A stretch of 64,000 bases of DNA from Blastocystis sp. Blastoise (Eukaryota; Protista; Bigyra: Opalinata). The DNA is taken from NCBI GenBank assembly GCA_039096225.1, contig JBBPEB010000029.1, positions 124,001 to 188,000 on the forward strand, read 5' to 3'. Every line of letters starts with the position of its first letter. The stretch's first letter is position 1. A program made the translations under genes and the position numbers. Below, one piece after another: positions 53,028 to 64,000 of the stretch. The notes under the pieces are model-generated. The model was not told the DNA's origin and did no database searches. It saw only the letters and a program-made list of their open reading frames with translations.

Positions 53028-54080
53028 ATCTTATTCATATAATTCAATTTTACATAAAACGATAAATAAAAAAAAAATTCTTTTAAATATATAAAAAATT
53101 CCCTCTTTTCTAAAAGAGATCTATTGGATGAATAACATATTTTTTTTTGTTGTTATTATTTTATTATTCTTTCATTTATGCGATCATAAATGTAATATTT
53201 GAATATTTGACAAGGAATAGTTGTCACAAAATAAAATTAAATAATTTTAATATCCTTAATGATTACCATAATATTTTTTATATTTGTATCAGAAGAGTCT
53301 TTCATCAATAAGATAGATACGAACTAGTACCTATTTAGCACGTATTATAAGAACTATATGATTATGCAAATACTAAGAATTTTATGATCATTTCATAGAA
53401 TTAGGGGAATAACATATAAAATTAATGCTATCTATCATGTTATAAGATAAGTATTATAATGATGACTCTTTTATAAATCTATGTTGTTACTATATTAAAT
53501 TGCCGATGATATACTCAAATACTAATTATCACAATTTGATTCATATACTTTCTTAATAATCTTGATAAGCTGACAACAGATATTGTGATATGTTGAAGAT
53601 ATCTAAATTATGAAATTCGCGAGATCCAGAAGGAAACAACAACATTAATAAGAATAGAACTGAAAGAATACTAAATCCACAAATGTTTCATATATCACAT
53701 TATTTGAGAAAGCTATATTTCATATATCATGATTTTTGGATTCAACCTAGACACTTAATCTACAACAAAAATAATGAAATGTGTTTTTCTAAAGATAAAA
53801 AAATAAAAAGATTTCTTTTACAATTGAAGAATCATTTGGTTACGGATATAATAATATATAAATAATATAAACTAAATACAAAGAAATAATTATCGTGGAT
53901 GTTTAGTATCTAAATAATGATTTTTAGGCTGAAATTGAAACGAAAGTCGCGATTATTTAAATAATGTAAAAAAGAAAGGTAAAAAGAAGTCATTATTATT
54001 CTTGAGTTTTGTTTATCTTTTTATTGTTGTTAAAAGAGAATGAAAAGATTTTTTGTCTTTTATTTTTATCTTTCGATCTT

Positions 54081-62025
<7,945 letters not shown>

Positions 62026-62861
62026 TATCAATTCAATTATTATTCTATATATCTACGTGAACATCTATTATTTATATATATATTTATATATATATATTTA
62101 TTTATATATTTTTAAGTGATTTTTTTATATCATTTATTTATTGACTTTTTCTCTTGTACATACATATATATATATACATATATATACATGTTTTTCTATA
62201 TTTTCATTTGTGTTGTTTATATATATTTTTTATATATTATATTATTTCTAGATAGATTTCTTATATATTATATTTACAGTAATCTTAGAATCTATTATTT
62301 TCATGAAATTTTTATCTGTTTACGTTATTATTCTTAATATATTTATATATACATTTTTTAATAATAAACAGGTTTCTTTTTAACAGTATGTTTTTACTGT
62401 ATATATTTGTATTCACTTATATATATATATTATAATCATATGATGAATGGTTTTGTTTATAAATATTTATATATATATATATTAATTATTCATTTTTTTT
62501 TAAAGAACTATATCATTCCTATTATTATTAAACTTATTAGCTATTATTATTATTATTTTCATGTTACAAATAGACTTTAATTATAGGATGATTCTAATCA
62601 AATGTAAAAAAATGTTTATTTGTTGTATATATATATATATTGAATAAATCAACTAGTTCAAAATTAAAGTTTTATATATAATTATGAATTATGTGAAATA
62701 AAAGAAATATTTAAAAAGAAGAAAAAAAACACCAATAATTCTATAAGGAAATATAAATAAATACTTATGAATTCTATATAATAATAATTGATATAAAGTT
62801 ATATATAATTTAATATTTATAGCATTTTATATATTTATAATCAATATGTTATATATATATA

Positions 62862-64000
62862 TTATATTTTTTTTGGTTCTCCAAAACTAGCAAATACTTG
62901 AATGGTTCCATTAGTAGATCCCGTGACAATCATAAATCCAGAATGAGGGGTTTGTGTACTATTATTGTTCGCTATGGCTTCGCGGGCTGCTTTGGCGGCA
63001 ATATTGTACTGGCCCGGACGACACATCTCAATTACCTATATATATATATATAAATATATATATATATATTATTATGAATAATAGTGTTTAGTTATATAAT
63101 TTTATTCTATTTTATAAAAATACATTAAATAATAATAAATAATAATAAACGATATATATATATAAACCTTATTAGAAGCAAATATAGCTGTAGTTAGACT
63201 TTCGTTCTCTACAGTAGCCTTAAAATATTCATAAGAATCTGATTTATCTGCATAATTCCCCATCATTGACTTCTTATATAGATCATCTGCTGTTCTCCAT
63301 ATATAACTATGGATATAATAGTATATATGTATTATATATTATGTTGTATATATTATATATTATATACTATATAAACTTAGTAAACATAGATATAAAAATA
63401 AAATGAAATAAATAAAGAATAGAATAAATATATATAATAGAAATTCATTTATATATATATATAAACGTAACCATCATCAGATGGTGAAATTATATGTTCA
63501 AAATCACTACTATATATAAATAATTATTATTATTTATTATATAATTCTATATATATATATATATACCTAAATGTAGCTTTCAATTGAGCATTTCTATTGG
63601 TTAATCCTTTGTACTTATGAAGTACGGAGAAGTTTTCCATGCCAATTAATCGAAGACGACTATCATTTGTACTTACTAATACTCGATTCCCCGCGGGACT
63701 ATTCATAAATGATAAACCACATACTTTTCGACCATTTCGATCTTTTCCGTGATGGTTACGACATTCTATTTGAGTAAAATATCGTAGACCATCGGTATAA
63801 TAAAATATTACTGTACCGTCTACAAGTCCTGCTGAACATAATCTACCTAAATATATATATATTAATAATATGAAAAAAACTAAATATATATAAATTAATA
63901 ATAATAAGAATAATACTATATATATATATTAATAATATAAATAAAACAATATATATATATATATATAAATACCTCCAGGAATAAAAGAAGCGGCAGTAAT
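62862..64000 (-). CDS. WD40-repeat protein, WDR44-like (3' part; gene continues beyond the window)
   Basis: ITAASFIPG|..YFTQIECRNHHGKDRNGRKVCGL..VLVSTNDSRLRL..KYKGLTNRNAQLKATF|S..HIISPSDDG; stop at 62862-62864. Confidence 0.8.

Overview
Very AT-rich eukaryotic genomic DNA with many short GT-AG introns full of (TA)n. Gene content (putative-Ig/galactose-binding surface proteins, bacterial-type Fe-ADH, PEP-utilizer, acetate:succinate CoA-transferase fragment) suggests an anaerobic Blastocystis-like stramenopile; this is inference only. About 15 intron-split genes or gene remnants are present, including GILT, LSm7, CDC123, DPH1, SPT16, a TEX11/ZIP4-like gene and a WDR44-like gene. The dominant feature is a complete 12,301-bp Mutator-like (MULE) transposon at 11636-23936. 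It has perfect 51-bp TIRs and an apparent 12-bp target-site duplication, and sits in the divergent GILT/LSm7 promoter. Its spliced transposase has an intact DDE/SWIM core, satellite-filled introns (one of 2 kb with a fold-back) and two +1 frameshifts. Its ~7-kb unexplained cargo contains a tRNA-like cloverleaf with a Pol III B-box. A second signal is a GC-rich YCGCGG/CCGCGG motif repeatedly written into exons through rare synonymous codons. Exon boundaries were inferred by eye; gene spans are first-to-last codon estimates.
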